In this document: positions 1 through 13,141 of the stretch, piece by piece | Numbering within the stretch: position 1 is the first letter of the stretch | Layout: each line of letters starts with the position of its first letter | From: Escherichia coli | Lineage (GTDB): Bacteria; Pseudomonadota; Gammaproteobacteria; Enterobacterales; Enterobacteriaceae | Assembly (NCBI RefSeq): GCF_003334385.1 | Contig: NZ_QOWN01000023.1 | Length of the DNA: 64,000 nt | Strand: one strand, 5' to 3' | Notes under the pieces: model-generated | The model's input: only the letters and a program-made list of their open reading frames with translations | What the model was told of the DNA's origin: nothing | Database searches by the model: none | Program-made: the position numbers and the translations under genes

Positions 1-87
1 ATCGTGAGAGTAATTCATCGGCACGTTAAATCATATCAGGCGTAATACCACAACCCTTAAGTTAGCGCTTATGGGATCATTCCCTGG

Positions 88-537
88 TTGGGCGTTGACG
101 AAAATACAGTGCTGACCAATCGGCAAAAAATCAGCGCCAACGGTGTGCTGCAATGGTCCACCATCCGCCGCCTGACCGAAGAGGTGATGCAGCGGATGAC
201 GGTCAAGGCCGCCAGTAGCGAAACACCCATCGGCACGCTTTCTGGTGGCAATCAGCAAAAAGTGGTGATCGGTCGTTGGGTCTATGCTGCCAGCCAGATT
301 TTGTTGCTCGACGAGCCAACGCGCGGCGTCGATATCGAAGCCAAACAGCAGATTTACCGTATTGTCCGTGAGCTGGCTGCCGAAGGAAAAAGCGTGGTGT
401 TTATCTCCAGTGAAGTGGAGGAGTTGCCGCTGGTGTGTGACCGCATCCTGTTATTACAGCACGGCACGTTCTCGCAGGAGTTTCACGCTCCGGTCAATGT
501 GGATGAGCTGATGTCCGCCATTCTGTCTGTGCACTGA
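88..537 (+). CDS. yphE: Sugar-type ABC transporter ATP-binding protein, C-terminal part only (second nucleotide-binding domain); reading frame is closed upstream by TAA at 43-45 and 58-60
   Basis: ABC signature LSGGNQQK and Walker B LLLDEPTRGVD in translation; 24 bp upstream of the permease gene; the frame has in-frame stops within the first 60 nt of the window. Confidence 0.7.
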   Translation: MGVDENTVLTNRQKISANGVLQWSTIRRLTEEVMQRMTVKAASSETPIGTLSGGNQQKVVIGRWVYAASQILLLDEPTRGVDIEAKQQIYRIVRELAAEGKSVVFISSEVEELPLVCDRILLLQHGTFSQEFHAPVNVDELMSAILSVH

Positions 538-561
538 TGAATTTTACCGAGGAACCTGAAG

Positions 562-1560
562 ATGTCTGCTTCGTCATTACCATTGCCGCAGGGCAAGAGC
601 GTCTCGCTCAAACAATTTGTCAGTCGCCATATTAATGAGATCGGTTTGCTGGTGGTGATTGCCATTCTTTATCTGGTCTTCTCCCTGAACGCGCCTGGCT
701 TTATCTCATTGAATAACCAGATGAACGTGCTGCGCGATGCCGCCACCATTGGGATTGCCGCCTGGGCGATGACGCTGATTATTATCTCCGGTGAAATTGA
801 TGTCAGCGTTGGGCCGATGGTGGCTTTTGTCTCGGTGTGCCTGGCATTTTTGCTGCAATTTGAAGTTCCGCTGGCGGTGGCGTGCCTGCTGGTGTTGCTG
901 TTAGGCGCGCTGATGGGAACGCTGGCCGGGGTGCTGCGCGGCGTGTTTAATGTACCAAGTTTCGTTGCCACACTGGGGCTGTGGAGCGCCCTGCGCGGAA
1001 TGGGGCTGTTTATGACGAACGCACTGCCAGTGCCGATTGATGAAAACGAGGTGCTGGACTGGCTGGGCGGACAATTTCTCGGTGTGCCGGTATCCGCGCT
1101 GATCATGATTGTGTTGTTTGCGCTGTTTGTGTTCATCAGCCGCAAAACCGCCTTCGGGCGCTCGGTTTTTGCCGTTGGCGGTAATGCTACGGCGGCGCAG
1201 TTGTGCGGCATCAACGTTCGTCGGGTGCGCATTCTTATCTTTACCCTTTCGGGATTATTAGCGGCGGTGACCGGCATTTTGTTGGCGGCGCGCCTCGGTT
1301 CTGGTAACGCAGGTGCCGCAAACGGTCTGGAGTTTGACGTCATCGCCGCGGTCGTGGTCGGCGGTACGGCACTTTCCGGCGGTCGCGGTTCCCTGTTCGG
1401 TACATTGCTTGGTGTGCTGGTGATTACGCTAATCGGTAACGGTCTGGTGCTGCTCGGTATTAACTCCTTTTTCCAGCAGGTGGTACGCGGCGTCATCATC
1501 GTGGTGGCGGTGCTGGCGAATATCTTGCTGACCCAGCGAAGCAGTAAAGCGAAACGCTAA
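562..1560 (+). CDS. yphD: ABC transporter permease (ribose/xylose-type, multi-TM)
   Basis: 332 aa hydrophobic ORF directly downstream of ATPase gene; start codon at 562 preceded by GAGG. Confidence 0.88.
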   Translation: MSASSLPLPQGKSVSLKQFVSRHINEIGLLVVIAILYLVFSLNAPGFISLNNQMNVLRDAATIGIAAWAMTLIIISGEIDVSVGPMVAFVSVCLAFLLQFEVPLAVACLLVLLLGALMGTLAGVLRGVFNVPSFVATLGLWSALRGMGLFMTNALPVPIDENEVLDWLGGQFLGVPVSALIMIVLFALFVFISRKTAFGRSVFAVGGNATAAQLCGINVRRVRILIFTLSGLLAAVTGILLAARLGSGNAGAANGLEFDVIAAVVVGGTALSGGRGSLFGTLLGVLVITLIGNGLVLLGINSFFQQVVRGVIIVVAVLANILLTQRSSKAKR

Positions 1561-1625
1561 ACCTTAACGCCCCTGGCGCGGGTGCGGCAGGGATGAAAAT
1601 TAATCGTATTGTTAATGAGGGATTT

Positions 1626-2687
1626 ATGAAAACGATGCTGGCAGCTTATTTACCAGGAAATTCGACCGTCGATCTGCGGGAAGTTGCGGTGCCGACGCCG
1701 GGGATTAACCAGGTACTGATCAAAATGAAATCCTCCGGGATTTGCGGAAGCGATGTCCACTATATCTATCATCAACACCGTGCCACAGCGGCGGCACCCG
1801 ATAAACCGTTATACCAGGGCTTTATCAACGGTCATGAACCGTGCGGGCAGATTGTGGCGATGGGGCAAGGCTGCCGCCATTTTAAAGAGGGCGACCGCGT
1901 GCTGGTGTATCACATTTCTGGCTGTGGTTTTTGCCCGAACTGCCGTCGCGGTTTTCCTATTTCTTGTACTGGCGAAGGAAAAGCGGCTTACGGCTGGCAG
2001 CGTGACGGCGGTCATGCCGAATACTTGCTGGCGGAAGAAAAAGATCTGATCCTCCTGCCGGATGCGCTGAGCTACGAAGATGGTGCGTTTATCAGTTGCG
2101 GCGTTGGTACAGCGTATGAAGGAATTTTGCGCGGCGAAGTTTCCGGCAGTGATAACGTGCTGGTGGTCGGTCTGGGGCCAGTCGGCATGATGGCGATGAT
2201 GCTGGCGAAAGGTCGCGGTGCAAAACGGATCATCGGCGTTGATATGCTGCCGGAACGTCTGGCGATGGCAAAACAGTTAGGGGTGATGGATCACGGCTAT
2301 TTAGCAACCACCGAAGGTCTGCCGCAGATTATCGCCGAACTCACCCACGGTGGCGCGGATGTTGCGCTCGATTGTTCCGGTAATGCCGCAGGTCGCTTGC
2401 TGGCACTGCAATCCACCGCTGACTGGGGACGGGTGGTTTACATTGGTGAAACCGGAAAAGTGGAATTCGAGGTCAGCGCCGATCTGATGCACCATCAACG
2501 GCGGATTATCGGCTCCTGGGTGACCAGTCTGTTCCATATGGAAAAATGCGCCCATGATCTGACGGACTGGAAGCTGTGGCCGCGTAACGCCATTACCCAT
2601 CGCTTCTCGCTGGAACAGGCAGGTGATGCCTATGCGCTGATGGCGAGCGGCAAATGCGGGAAAGTTGTGATTAACTTCCCGGATTAA
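1626..2687 (+). CDS. yphC: Zn-dependent alcohol/threonine dehydrogenase-family oxidoreductase
   Basis: GHEPCG zinc motif and GLGPVG Rossmann motif; start chosen at internal Met (MKTMLAAY) giving 353 aa; longer ORF begins at 1593. Confidence 0.85.
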   Translation: MKTMLAAYLPGNSTVDLREVAVPTPGINQVLIKMKSSGICGSDVHYIYHQHRATAAAPDKPLYQGFINGHEPCGQIVAMGQGCRHFKEGDRVLVYHISGCGFCPNCRRGFPISCTGEGKAAYGWQRDGGHAEYLLAEEKDLILLPDALSYEDGAFISCGVGTAYEGILRGEVSGSDNVLVVGLGPVGMMAMMLAKGRGAKRIIGVDMLPERLAMAKQLGVMDHGYLATTEGLPQIIAELTHGGADVALDCSGNAAGRLLALQSTADWGRVVYIGETGKVEFEVSADLMHHQRRIIGSWVTSLFHMEKCAHDLTDWKLWPRNAITHRFSLEQAGDAYALMASGKCGKVVINFPD

Positions 2688-2698
2688 GGAGTTAGCGG

Positions 2699-3571
2699 AT
2701 GACCATCTATACCTTATCCCACGGGTCGCTAAAGCTGGACGTTTCTGACCAGGGCGGCGTAATCGAAGGCTTCTGGCGCGATACGACGCCGCTCTTACGT
2801 CCTGGTAAAAAAAGCGGTGTGGCAACCGATGCCTCATGTTTTCCGCTGGTGCCATTTGCAAACCGGGTGAGCGGCAATCGTTTTGTCTGGCAGGGGCGTG
2901 AGTATCAACTGCAACCGAATGTTGAGTGGGATGCGCACTATCTACACGGCGATGGCTGGCTGGGCGAGTGGCAATGTGTCTCGCACAGCGATGATAGTTT
3001 GTGTCTGGTGTATGAACATCGCAGCGGTGTCTATCACTATCGGGTAAGTCAGGCGTTTCATTTAACGGCGGATACGCTGACGGTGACGCTCTCTGTCACC
3101 AATCAAGGGGCAGAGACGCTGCCATTTGGTACCGGCTGGCATCCTTATTTTCCGTTGTCGCCGCAAACGCGGATTCAGGCACAGGCGAGCGGTTACTGGC
3201 TGGAGCGGGAGCAGTGGCTGGCGGGTGAGTTTTGCGAGCAGCTACCGCAGGAACTGGATTTTAACCAGCCCGCGCCGTTGCCGCGCCAGTGGGTGAACAA
3301 TGGTTTTGCCGGATGGAATGGTCAGGCCCGCATCGAGCAGCCGCAGGAAGGTTATGCCATCATCATGGAAACGACGCCACCTGCACCGTGTTATTTCATC
3401 TTTGTTTCCGACCCTGCGTTTGATAAAGGATATGCGTTTGATTTCTTCTGTCTGGAACCGATGAGCCATGCGCCGGATGATCATCATCGCCCGGAAGGGG
3501 GTGATCTCATTGCGCTAGCACCAGGGGAATCAACAACTTCAGAGATGTCGTTGCGGGTAGAGTGGCTGTAA
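2699..3571 (+). CDS. yphB: Aldose 1-epimerase (mutarotase) family protein
   Basis: 290 aa ORF, position after yphC; family call from recognition of sequence. Confidence 0.8.
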   Translation: MTIYTLSHGSLKLDVSDQGGVIEGFWRDTTPLLRPGKKSGVATDASCFPLVPFANRVSGNRFVWQGREYQLQPNVEWDAHYLHGDGWLGEWQCVSHSDDSLCLVYEHRSGVYHYRVSQAFHLTADTLTVTLSVTNQGAETLPFGTGWHPYFPLSPQTRIQAQASGYWLEREQWLAGEFCEQLPQELDFNQPAPLPRQWVNNGFAGWNGQARIEQPQEGYAIIMETTPPAPCYFIFVSDPAFDKGYAFDFFCLEPMSHAPDDHHRPEGGDLIALAPGESTTSEMSLRVEWL

Positions 3572-3622
3572 TTTATTAAATGCCGGATAAGGCGTTCACG
3601 CCGCATCCGGCATCTTTCCTAA
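3572..3622. repeat. Single REP palindrome between convergent yphB and yphA
   Basis: GCCGGATAAGGCGTTCACGCCGCATCCGGCA. Confidence 0.8.
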
Positions 3623-4041
3623 CGCCGATCGAGAGAAATTGCCCCCGGCCCGGTAATTGCCAATAGCAAGAACGCGCCAGCGATACTGACATTCTTCCAG
3701 AAATTAATCATATTTGGCCCAACCGCATCGCCGGTCATATCCCAGTAATGGTGACCAATCACCGCCGTACCCAGCGTGTAGAAAATAAACAGCACCGCCA
3801 GCGGACGGGTGAAAAAGCCAAGCACGATTAATATCGCGGCGGGCACTTCCATAACTACCGCAATAATCGCTGCCAGCATCGGCATTGGCGCGCCCAACGA
3901 GGCCATATATTGGACCGTACCGTCAAAGCCCATCATTTTGGGAAAACCAAAAATAATGAAAATTAAGACCACGGCGATACGGGCAATTAATAACAAAACG
4001 GGGCGGGCACCTCCAAAATCAAAATAACGTAGTGTGTTCAT
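3619..4041 (-). CDS. yphA: DoxX-family small inner membrane protein
   Basis: Hydrophobic 140 aa product from internal Met ([11 protein letters not shown]); longer ORF extends to 4113. Confidence 0.8.
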   Translation of the reverse strand: MNTLRYFDFGGARPVLLLIARIAVVLIFIIFGFPKMMGFDGTVQYMASLGAPMPMLAAIIAVVMEVPAAILIVLGFFTRPLAVLFIFYTLGTAVIGHHYWDMTGDAVGPNMINFWKNVSIAGAFLLLAITGPGAISLDRR

Positions 4042-4137
4042 AACCAATCCCTTTGCAAGATAATGTGATTTAAACGTAATACACACTCTTGCACCTCGCC
4101 ACGCCCCAGGCATTGAGATATTCGCTAATTATCCTGG

Positions 4138-5349
<1,212 letters not shown>

Positions 5350-6162
5350 TTAAAGATCCAGCCCAGCCGCTACGTGGCGAATGCCGCGAATCGCTAAACC
5401 CGCATCAGCGTTGATCATCACACCGCTTAATGCGCGATTATTGCGCCGCGATGTCAACATCACATACGGCCCCGTAAAATCCGCCGGTTGCGGGAAAAAT
5501 TGCAGCGGTAAAATGGCGGCAATTTTCTCCGGCGTCAGAGACTGCATTATCGAGGTTTCACTTTGCCCGAGCGCCTGTGGGCCGCGCAGGTCGCTGGCCA
5601 TACCACACGGGCCGACGCCATTCACCCGCACTTTCGGTGCCAGTTCATAAGCCAGTTGGCGAATAAGTCCGGTTGCGGCATGTTTACTGGCGGTGTACAG
5701 CGGGCCACCGCCGCCAGGATACCAGGCGGCATTTGACAGTGTGAAAATCATGCTGCCTTCACTGGCGATTAACGCCGGAGCGCAGGCTTTTGCGCCCAGC
5801 AGGTAACCGAGAACATTGACGTTAAACAGCTCGTGGAAGCCGGTTTCGAGCGTCTCTGCGGGAGTATTAACCAGTGAGGCATTGTGATCCCAGATGCCTG
5901 CATTGCCGATAAAACAATCCAGCTTGCCGGAACGAGTCAGGATCTGATCGACCGCGCGTTGATAATCGGCATAACAGGTCACGTTACCTTCCACCGCCAG
6001 AATATGTTCGCCAAATCGCTGACGCAGACTGGCGACTTTTGCCGCCGACAGTTCCAGCGTGGCAACCTGCGCGCCTTCTTCGATAAATCGCTCGACCAGC
6101 GCCAGCCCTAATCCCGATCCGCCGCCGGTAATAAAAATGGACTCGTTATGCAGATCGCTCAT
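5350..6162 (-). CDS. hcaB: 2,3-dihydroxy-2,3-dihydrophenylpropionate dehydrogenase (short-chain dehydrogenase)
   Basis: SDR N-terminal motif ITGGGSGLG; 4-nt overlap with upstream hcaC. Confidence 0.92.
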   Translation of the reverse strand: MSDLHNESIFITGGGSGLGLALVERFIEEGAQVATLELSAAKVASLRQRFGEHILAVEGNVTCYADYQRAVDQILTRSGKLDCFIGNAGIWDHNASLVNTPAETLETGFHELFNVNVLGYLLGAKACAPALIASEGSMIFTLSNAAWYPGGGGPLYTASKHAATGLIRQLAYELAPKVRVNGVGPCGMASDLRGPQALGQSETSIMQSLTPEKIAAILPLQFFPQPADFTGPYVMLTSRRNNRALSGVMINADAGLAIRGIRHVAAGLDL

Positions 6163-6478
6163 GGCTGCGCCTCCGGTAAGTCGATGAAAATGTCACCACC
6201 TTCAACGTGTACTGGATAAGTGGTGAGCGGATCGGTGGCGGGCAGGCATAACGCTTTCCCCGTTTTCAGGCAAAAACTGGCGGCGTGTAGCGGGCACTCC
6301 ACCGTGGCGTCATCTTCCAGATACCCTTCTGACATTGACGCATTACCATGGCTGCAACGATCGTTAATGGCATAAAACTCGCCGCCAACGTTGAACAGGG
6401 CGATGACGGGCGAGGTATCGATCCGGAGAGCCTCACCCTCCGGCACATCCGCAACGGGACACGCATAAATTCGATTCA

Positions 6479-6479
<1 letters not shown>
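6159..6479 (-). CDS. hcaC: Rieske-type ferredoxin of the dioxygenase system
   Basis: Rieske CxH...CxxH pattern (CSHGNAS ... CPLHAA); 106 aa. Confidence 0.92.
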
Positions 6480-8391
<1,912 letters not shown>

Positions 8392-8490
8392 CTATTTTTG
8401 TGCCATAAGGATGTTGCTGGTTGGTTGCTAATATGTGAAATAGTTAATTTCTACCAGCTGAGACGTTTTTTCGATAACAAGGGGAAGGTG

Positions 8491-9381
8491 ATGGAACTAC
8501 GGCATTTACGCTATTTCGTCGCAGTGGCGCAGGCACTGAACTTTACCCGTGCGGCGGAAAAACTGCATACCTCACAGCCTTCGTTAAGCAGCCAGATCCG
8601 CGATCTTGAAAACTGTGTCGGTGTTCCGTTACTGGTGAGGGATAAGCGCAAAGTCGCGTTGACGGCGGCGGGAGAATGTTTTCTCCAGGACGCGCTGGCA
8701 ATCCTCGAACAAGCGGAAAATGCCAAATTACGGGCGCGGAAAATTGTTCAGGAAGACAGACAATTAACCATTGGCTTTGTGCCATCGGCGGAAGTGAATT
8801 TACTGCCAAAAGTATTACCGATGTTTCGTCTCAGACAGCCAGACACCTTGATTGAGCTGGTGAGTTTAATCACCACGCAACAGGAGGAAAAAATTCGCCG
8901 TGGTGAACTCGACGTCGGCTTAATGCGCCATCCTGTTTATAGCCCGGAGATTGATTATCTGGAGCTTTTTGACGAACCATTAGTGGTTGTGTTACCGGTT
9001 GATCACCCTTTAGCACATGAAAAAGAGATCACCGCCGCGCAACTGGATGGCGTGAATTTCGTCAGTACCGATCCGGTGTATTCCGGTTCGCTTGCGCCGA
9101 TCGTTAAAGCGTGGTTTGCGCAAGAAAACAGCCAGCCAAATATCGTCCAGGTGGCAACGAATATTCTGGTGACCATGAATCTGGTGGGCATGGGGCTGGG
9201 CGTCACTTTGATACCCGGTTATATGAATAATTTTAATACCGGACAGGTTGTTTTTCGTCCCATTGCCGGAAATGTGCCTTCCATTGCTTTACTGATGGCG
9301 TGGAAGAAAGGGGAGATGAAGCCGGCATTACGCGATTTCATCGCCATTGTGCAGGAACGTTTGGCAAGCGTAACGGCATAA
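8491..9381 (+). CDS. hcaR: LysR-type transcriptional regulator, divergent from hcaE
   Basis: N-terminal LysR HTH (MELRHLRYFVAVAQALNFTRAAEKLHTSQPSLS); start taken at internal Met for 296 aa. Confidence 0.9.
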   Translation: MELRHLRYFVAVAQALNFTRAAEKLHTSQPSLSSQIRDLENCVGVPLLVRDKRKVALTAAGECFLQDALAILEQAENAKLRARKIVQEDRQLTIGFVPSAEVNLLPKVLPMFRLRQPDTLIELVSLITTQQEEKIRRGELDVGLMRHPVYSPEIDYLELFDEPLVVVLPVDHPLAHEKEITAAQLDGVNFVSTDPVYSGSLAPIVKAWFAQENSQPNIVQVATNILVTMNLVGMGLGVTLIPGYMNNFNTGQVVFRPIAGNVPSIALLMAWKKGEMKPALRDFIAIVQERLASVTA

Positions 9382-9540
9382 TTACGCATTATTTTTGCAA
9401 CATGCGTCGCGGATCTCAGTTTTTTAGTGCTTGTGAACTGGCGTTACAGACATCGGGAAGCAGGCTCGAATATTCTTATTTTTCAACTTGCACCAACATT
9501 CGATTAACCCCAGACTAACGCCTCCTGACGGGAGGGACTC

Positions 9541-10680
9541 ATGGTTTTGCAATCCACGCGCTGGTTGGCGCTCGGCTATTTCACATACTTTTTTAGTTAC
9601 GGCATTTTTCTACCTTTCTGGAGCGTCTGGCTTAAAGGGATTGGTTTAACGCCAGAAACCATCGGCCTGTTATTGGGGGCAGGTCTGGTTGCCCGTTTCC
9701 TCGGGAGTTTGCTCATCGCGCCCCGCGTCAGCGATCCTTCCCGCCTGATTTCCGCCTTGCGCGTGCTGGCACTGCTGACACTTCTCTTTGCTGTCGCCTT
9801 CTGGGCGGGGGCGCACGTAGCGTGGCTGATGCTGGTGATGATTGGCTTTAACCTCTTTTTCTCACCACTGGTACCGTTGACCGATGCACTGGCGAATACG
9901 TGGCAAAAGCAGTTCCCGCTTGATTACGGCAAAGTGCGACTGTGGGGCTCGGTGGCGTTTGTCATTGGCTCGGCGCTGACGGGCAAACTGGTCACTATGT
10001 TTGATTATCGGGTGATCCTCGCGCTGTTGACGTTGGGCGTGGCATCCATGCTGCTCGGCTTTCTCATCCGTCCGACGATTCAGCCACAAGGGGCAAGTCG
10101 CCAGCAGGAGAGCACCGGTTGGTCTGCGTGGTTGGCGCTGGTTCGCCAGAACTGGCGCTTTCTGGCCTGCGTTTGTTTATTGCAGGGGGCACATGCGGCC
10201 TATTACGGTTTTAGCGCCATTTACTGGCAGGCAGCTGGCTACTCGGCCTCGGCGGTGGGGTATTTGTGGTCGCTGGGCGTGGTGGCGGAAGTCATTATCT
10301 TTGCGCTGAGTAATAAACTTTTCCGCCGTTGTAGTGCACGCGATATGCTGTTGATCTCGGCGATTTGCGGCGTAGTGCGCTGGGGCATTATGGGAGCAAC
10401 TACGGCGTTGCCGTGGTTGATAGTGGTGCAAATTCTGCATTGCGGCACCTTCACGGTCTGCCACCTGGCCGCCATGCGTTATATTGCTGCTCGCCAGGGT
10501 AGCGAAGTCATCCGTTTACAGGCGGTTTACTCTGCCGTCGCGATGGGCGGCAGTATCGCTATCATGACCGTTTTCGCCGGTTTCCTGTATCAATATCTGG
10601 GCCACGGCGTGTTCTGGGTAATGGCGCTGGTGGCGCTTCCGGCAATGTTTTTGCGCCCGAAAGTTGTTCCCTCATGCTGA
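9541..10680 (+). CDS. hcaT: MFS-family transporter (probable phenylpropionate permease)
   Basis: 379 aa, 12-TM-like hydrophobic profile; last 9 nt overlap the 3' end of convergent csiE. Confidence 0.88.
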   Translation: MVLQSTRWLALGYFTYFFSYGIFLPFWSVWLKGIGLTPETIGLLLGAGLVARFLGSLLIAPRVSDPSRLISALRVLALLTLLFAVAFWAGAHVAWLMLVMIGFNLFFSPLVPLTDALANTWQKQFPLDYGKVRLWGSVAFVIGSALTGKLVTMFDYRVILALLTLGVASMLLGFLIRPTIQPQGASRQQESTGWSAWLALVRQNWRFLACVCLLQGAHAAYYGFSAIYWQAAGYSASAVGYLWSLGVVAEVIIFALSNKLFRRCSARDMLLISAICGVVRWGIMGATTALPWLIVVQILHCGTFTVCHLAAMRYIAARQGSEVIRLQAVYSAVAMGGSIAIMTVFAGFLYQYLGHGVFWVMALVALPAMFLRPKVVPSC

Positions 10681-11952
10681 TTCGAGCATTTTGCGGATCT
10701 GCTCCTGTTGATGTGTTGTCAGCGTCAGGTCCGTATAGATCAGCGGTGGTGAAAAGAGCGGTAATGGCATGGTATAAGGCGCAATAATCAGTGCCGCGCC
10801 ACGCGGAGCGCCTGTCTGCAAAAATGCCTTTACCGACATATGCTTAATGTTGAGCGGCAGTAACGTTAGTTCGCGTAACTGCTGCTCAATCTGCGCTTCT
10901 CGCTCGCTATCATTCCCGGTAAGAAGAATAATCTGTTTTTCATGCAGATCGTTTTCCTGCATTAGCCAGGCACCGAAAATCACCGCGACCAGACCACTTT
11001 CCTCATCAGAAAGATGGACGCCGTATTCACTTTCAAATCCGGCCAGCGCCGCGCGGGTGGTGCGCACCAGGCGTGGGTACAGTCTGGCGAACTCTTCCGG
11101 CAGGGTATTATCAATACCGATGGCAAACAAACTGCGATTTAACGCCTGGGCGAGGTGGGTATAAAGCTGATCACATAACCCCTGTTCATCATAAAAACGA
11201 ACATTTCCCAGCTCACGAAAATGGTTTACCAGACGTTTGATAGACTGACGCAATTGTCTGTCCCGCTGATGCGCATCCCGCAATGGATCGGGAACCCGCA
11301 ACATGGAAAAAAGTAGTGCCATAAACAGTGGCTCATCAGGTGGTACAGGCTGGAGCGCCCGACGCTGCCAGTGGCGTCCAATTTCCTGCGCTACCTGAAA
11401 TTCAAGGCAGGATTCCGCCCAGCGACGTTGGAGCGGATTAAACTGAGGCGTAATTCCAGCGTGGTGCTGCAGCAAACAATATTGCAGATACAGACACAGG
11501 AAATGAATATCGCGCGATTCAAAGCGTTTTTGCAGCCGTCGGGAGCAGAGATTCACTAACGCTTGTAGATTGGTATCGTCGTAAAAGTTACGCGCAATTC
11601 CGCGCCGCTTCAGTTCACTCTTCAGGGCGGGGGTGAATTGGCTGGTAATAAATGACGGACACAGACGGAAACCACGTCGTAGCCAGTGAAATAAACACAA
11701 ACGTTGGTTAAGCACTGTACCTTCAACCCGGTAGCTACCGTCATAACCAGTCGTCAGTGTGAGTTGATGATAGCGCAGGATCTCCCGTCCTGTTTCGCTG
11801 ATATCAAGACTGGCAATATCATCATCCACACCATTAAGCTCGCTGAAGGTTGCCATGGTGGCGGTCAACCCCGGCTGAAAGAGCGTCAGCAAGATCTGGC
11901 AGCGGCGCTGGGGAGCCGAAAGGACAGATGGTGGAGCAAGCGTAGGCATCAT
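10672..11952 (-). CDS. csiE: Stationary-phase inducible protein CsiE
   Basis: 426 aa from second Met (MMPTLAPP); matches my recollection of CsiE; convergent with hcaT. Confidence 0.85.
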   Translation of the reverse strand: MMPTLAPPSVLSAPQRRCQILLTLFQPGLTATMATFSELNGVDDDIASLDISETGREILRYHQLTLTTGYDGSYRVEGTVLNQRLCLFHWLRRGFRLCPSFITSQFTPALKSELKRRGIARNFYDDTNLQALVNLCSRRLQKRFESRDIHFLCLYLQYCLLQHHAGITPQFNPLQRRWAESCLEFQVAQEIGRHWQRRALQPVPPDEPLFMALLFSMLRVPDPLRDAHQRDRQLRQSIKRLVNHFRELGNVRFYDEQGLCDQLYTHLAQALNRSLFAIGIDNTLPEEFARLYPRLVRTTRAALAGFESEYGVHLSDEESGLVAVIFGAWLMQENDLHEKQIILLTGNDSEREAQIEQQLRELTLLPLNIKHMSVKAFLQTGAPRGAALIIAPYTMPLPLFSPPLIYTDLTLTTHQQEQIRKMLESA

Positions 11953-12142
11953 CTGTAGATCTCCCATAAGCATAATTGATAAGAATAGCTAAAGTTTGCT
12001 CAAGGAAATGGCGAAGGGAATGCTAATCATCAGAAATGTTGGCAAGCGTCACAGAATTTTTCTCATCTTAAACTGTTCTGACCAGTGGATTAGCATGTCT
12101 TAAGGTGGTTTTGTGAATGATTATCGTGCTAGCGATCATGGG

Positions 12143-12997
12143 TTAGTTCTGCGGATTCAACGCGCTAAGGATAAAGTCCACCATCTGTTCGCGATAAACA
12201 TCGCCGTGACGATCGGAAAAAGCATCAATGTGTTCGCCATCCGGGATTAGGATCAACCGTTTTGGCTCTTTTGCCAGGCTATACAACTTTTCGCTGTGCT
12301 GCCATGGGATAACGTGATCAGCTTTACCGTGAATGAGTAAAAGCGGGATCGGGCTGACGCTGGCGATATAATTTTCGCCGCTGTAACTCTCATCAAGTAA
12401 GTAGCCACTGCCGGGGATCATCTGGTTGGCGATGGTTGCATAAGAGGCAAATGTGGAGTCGAGGATCACCGCACGTATGCCTTTACGATCACCCCGACCA
12501 ATAACATCCAGAATATTCGCCCCGCCAATACTCTGCCCGAACAGCACCAGACGTTGTGGGTTTACATCACTGCGATGGCGCACCACATTGATGGCACTTT
12601 GCGTATCGTCCAGCAATCCGGCCTGGGACGGCGTGCCTTTTGATTTACCAAACCCGCGATAATCAAACATAAAAACGTTGAAATTACGCTCGGGTAACCA
12701 ACTGACCAGCGGCCAGTGGGCGGACATATTTCCGGCATTGCCGTGAGCATGAATGATGGTTGCGATGGCGTTGTCAGCAGGGCCCGTCGAAGAAGGGATA
12801 AACCAGCCTTGCAGACGAGTACCGTCCTTAGCCGTAAATTCGACGGATTCCGCCGACCAGGGATCGGGACCGTAAATTTTATCGTCGGGATAATAGAAGA
12901 AGTTGATGGCAACGCGCGGCACTAAATAAACGCAGAAGGCAACAACAAAGAGAATAAACAGAATTTTGGGAACGCGTTTGTTCACTGGCAGTGCCAT
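12143..12997 (-). CDS. yfhR: Alpha/beta-hydrolase family protein with N-terminal membrane anchor
   Basis: Catalytic-serine nucleophile elbow GQSIGG; hydrophobic N-terminus; start could also be 13024. Confidence 0.82.
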   Translation of the reverse strand: MALPVNKRVPKILFILFVVAFCVYLVPRVAINFFYYPDDKIYGPDPWSAESVEFTAKDGTRLQGWFIPSSTGPADNAIATIIHAHGNAGNMSAHWPLVSWLPERNFNVFMFDYRGFGKSKGTPSQAGLLDDTQSAINVVRHRSDVNPQRLVLFGQSIGGANILDVIGRGDRKGIRAVILDSTFASYATIANQMIPGSGYLLDESYSGENYIASVSPIPLLLIHGKADHVIPWQHSEKLYSLAKEPKRLILIPDGEHIDAFSDRHGDVYREQMVDFILSALNPQN

Positions 12998-13141
12998 AAC
13001 CTTTCCTTGCGACTTCTTTATCATCCATTAATCGGGGAAAGATGGTGGGAGAGTGACGAAAGAAAGTAAAGCAGTGAGGAAGTATTTCGGAATAGCGCCT
13101 GAAAGGCGAGGGCGGGTGAGTGATATCACCCGCCTGAGTCA

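Noticed and set aside
31-258. 75 aa and 60 aa minus-strand ORFs at the left edge
   Set aside because: Antisense to the yphE 3' coding region; no supporting signals
669-1499. 276 aa minus-strand ORF
   Set aside because: Antisense to the yphD permease gene, Pro/Thr/Ala-rich low-complexity translation typical of the opposite strand of a GC-rich membrane-protein gene
12111-12126. Possible CRP half-site TGTGAATGATTATCGT upstream of csiE
   Set aside because: Only one half-site matches well and it overlaps the 3' end of yfhR; too weak to call without a matrix score
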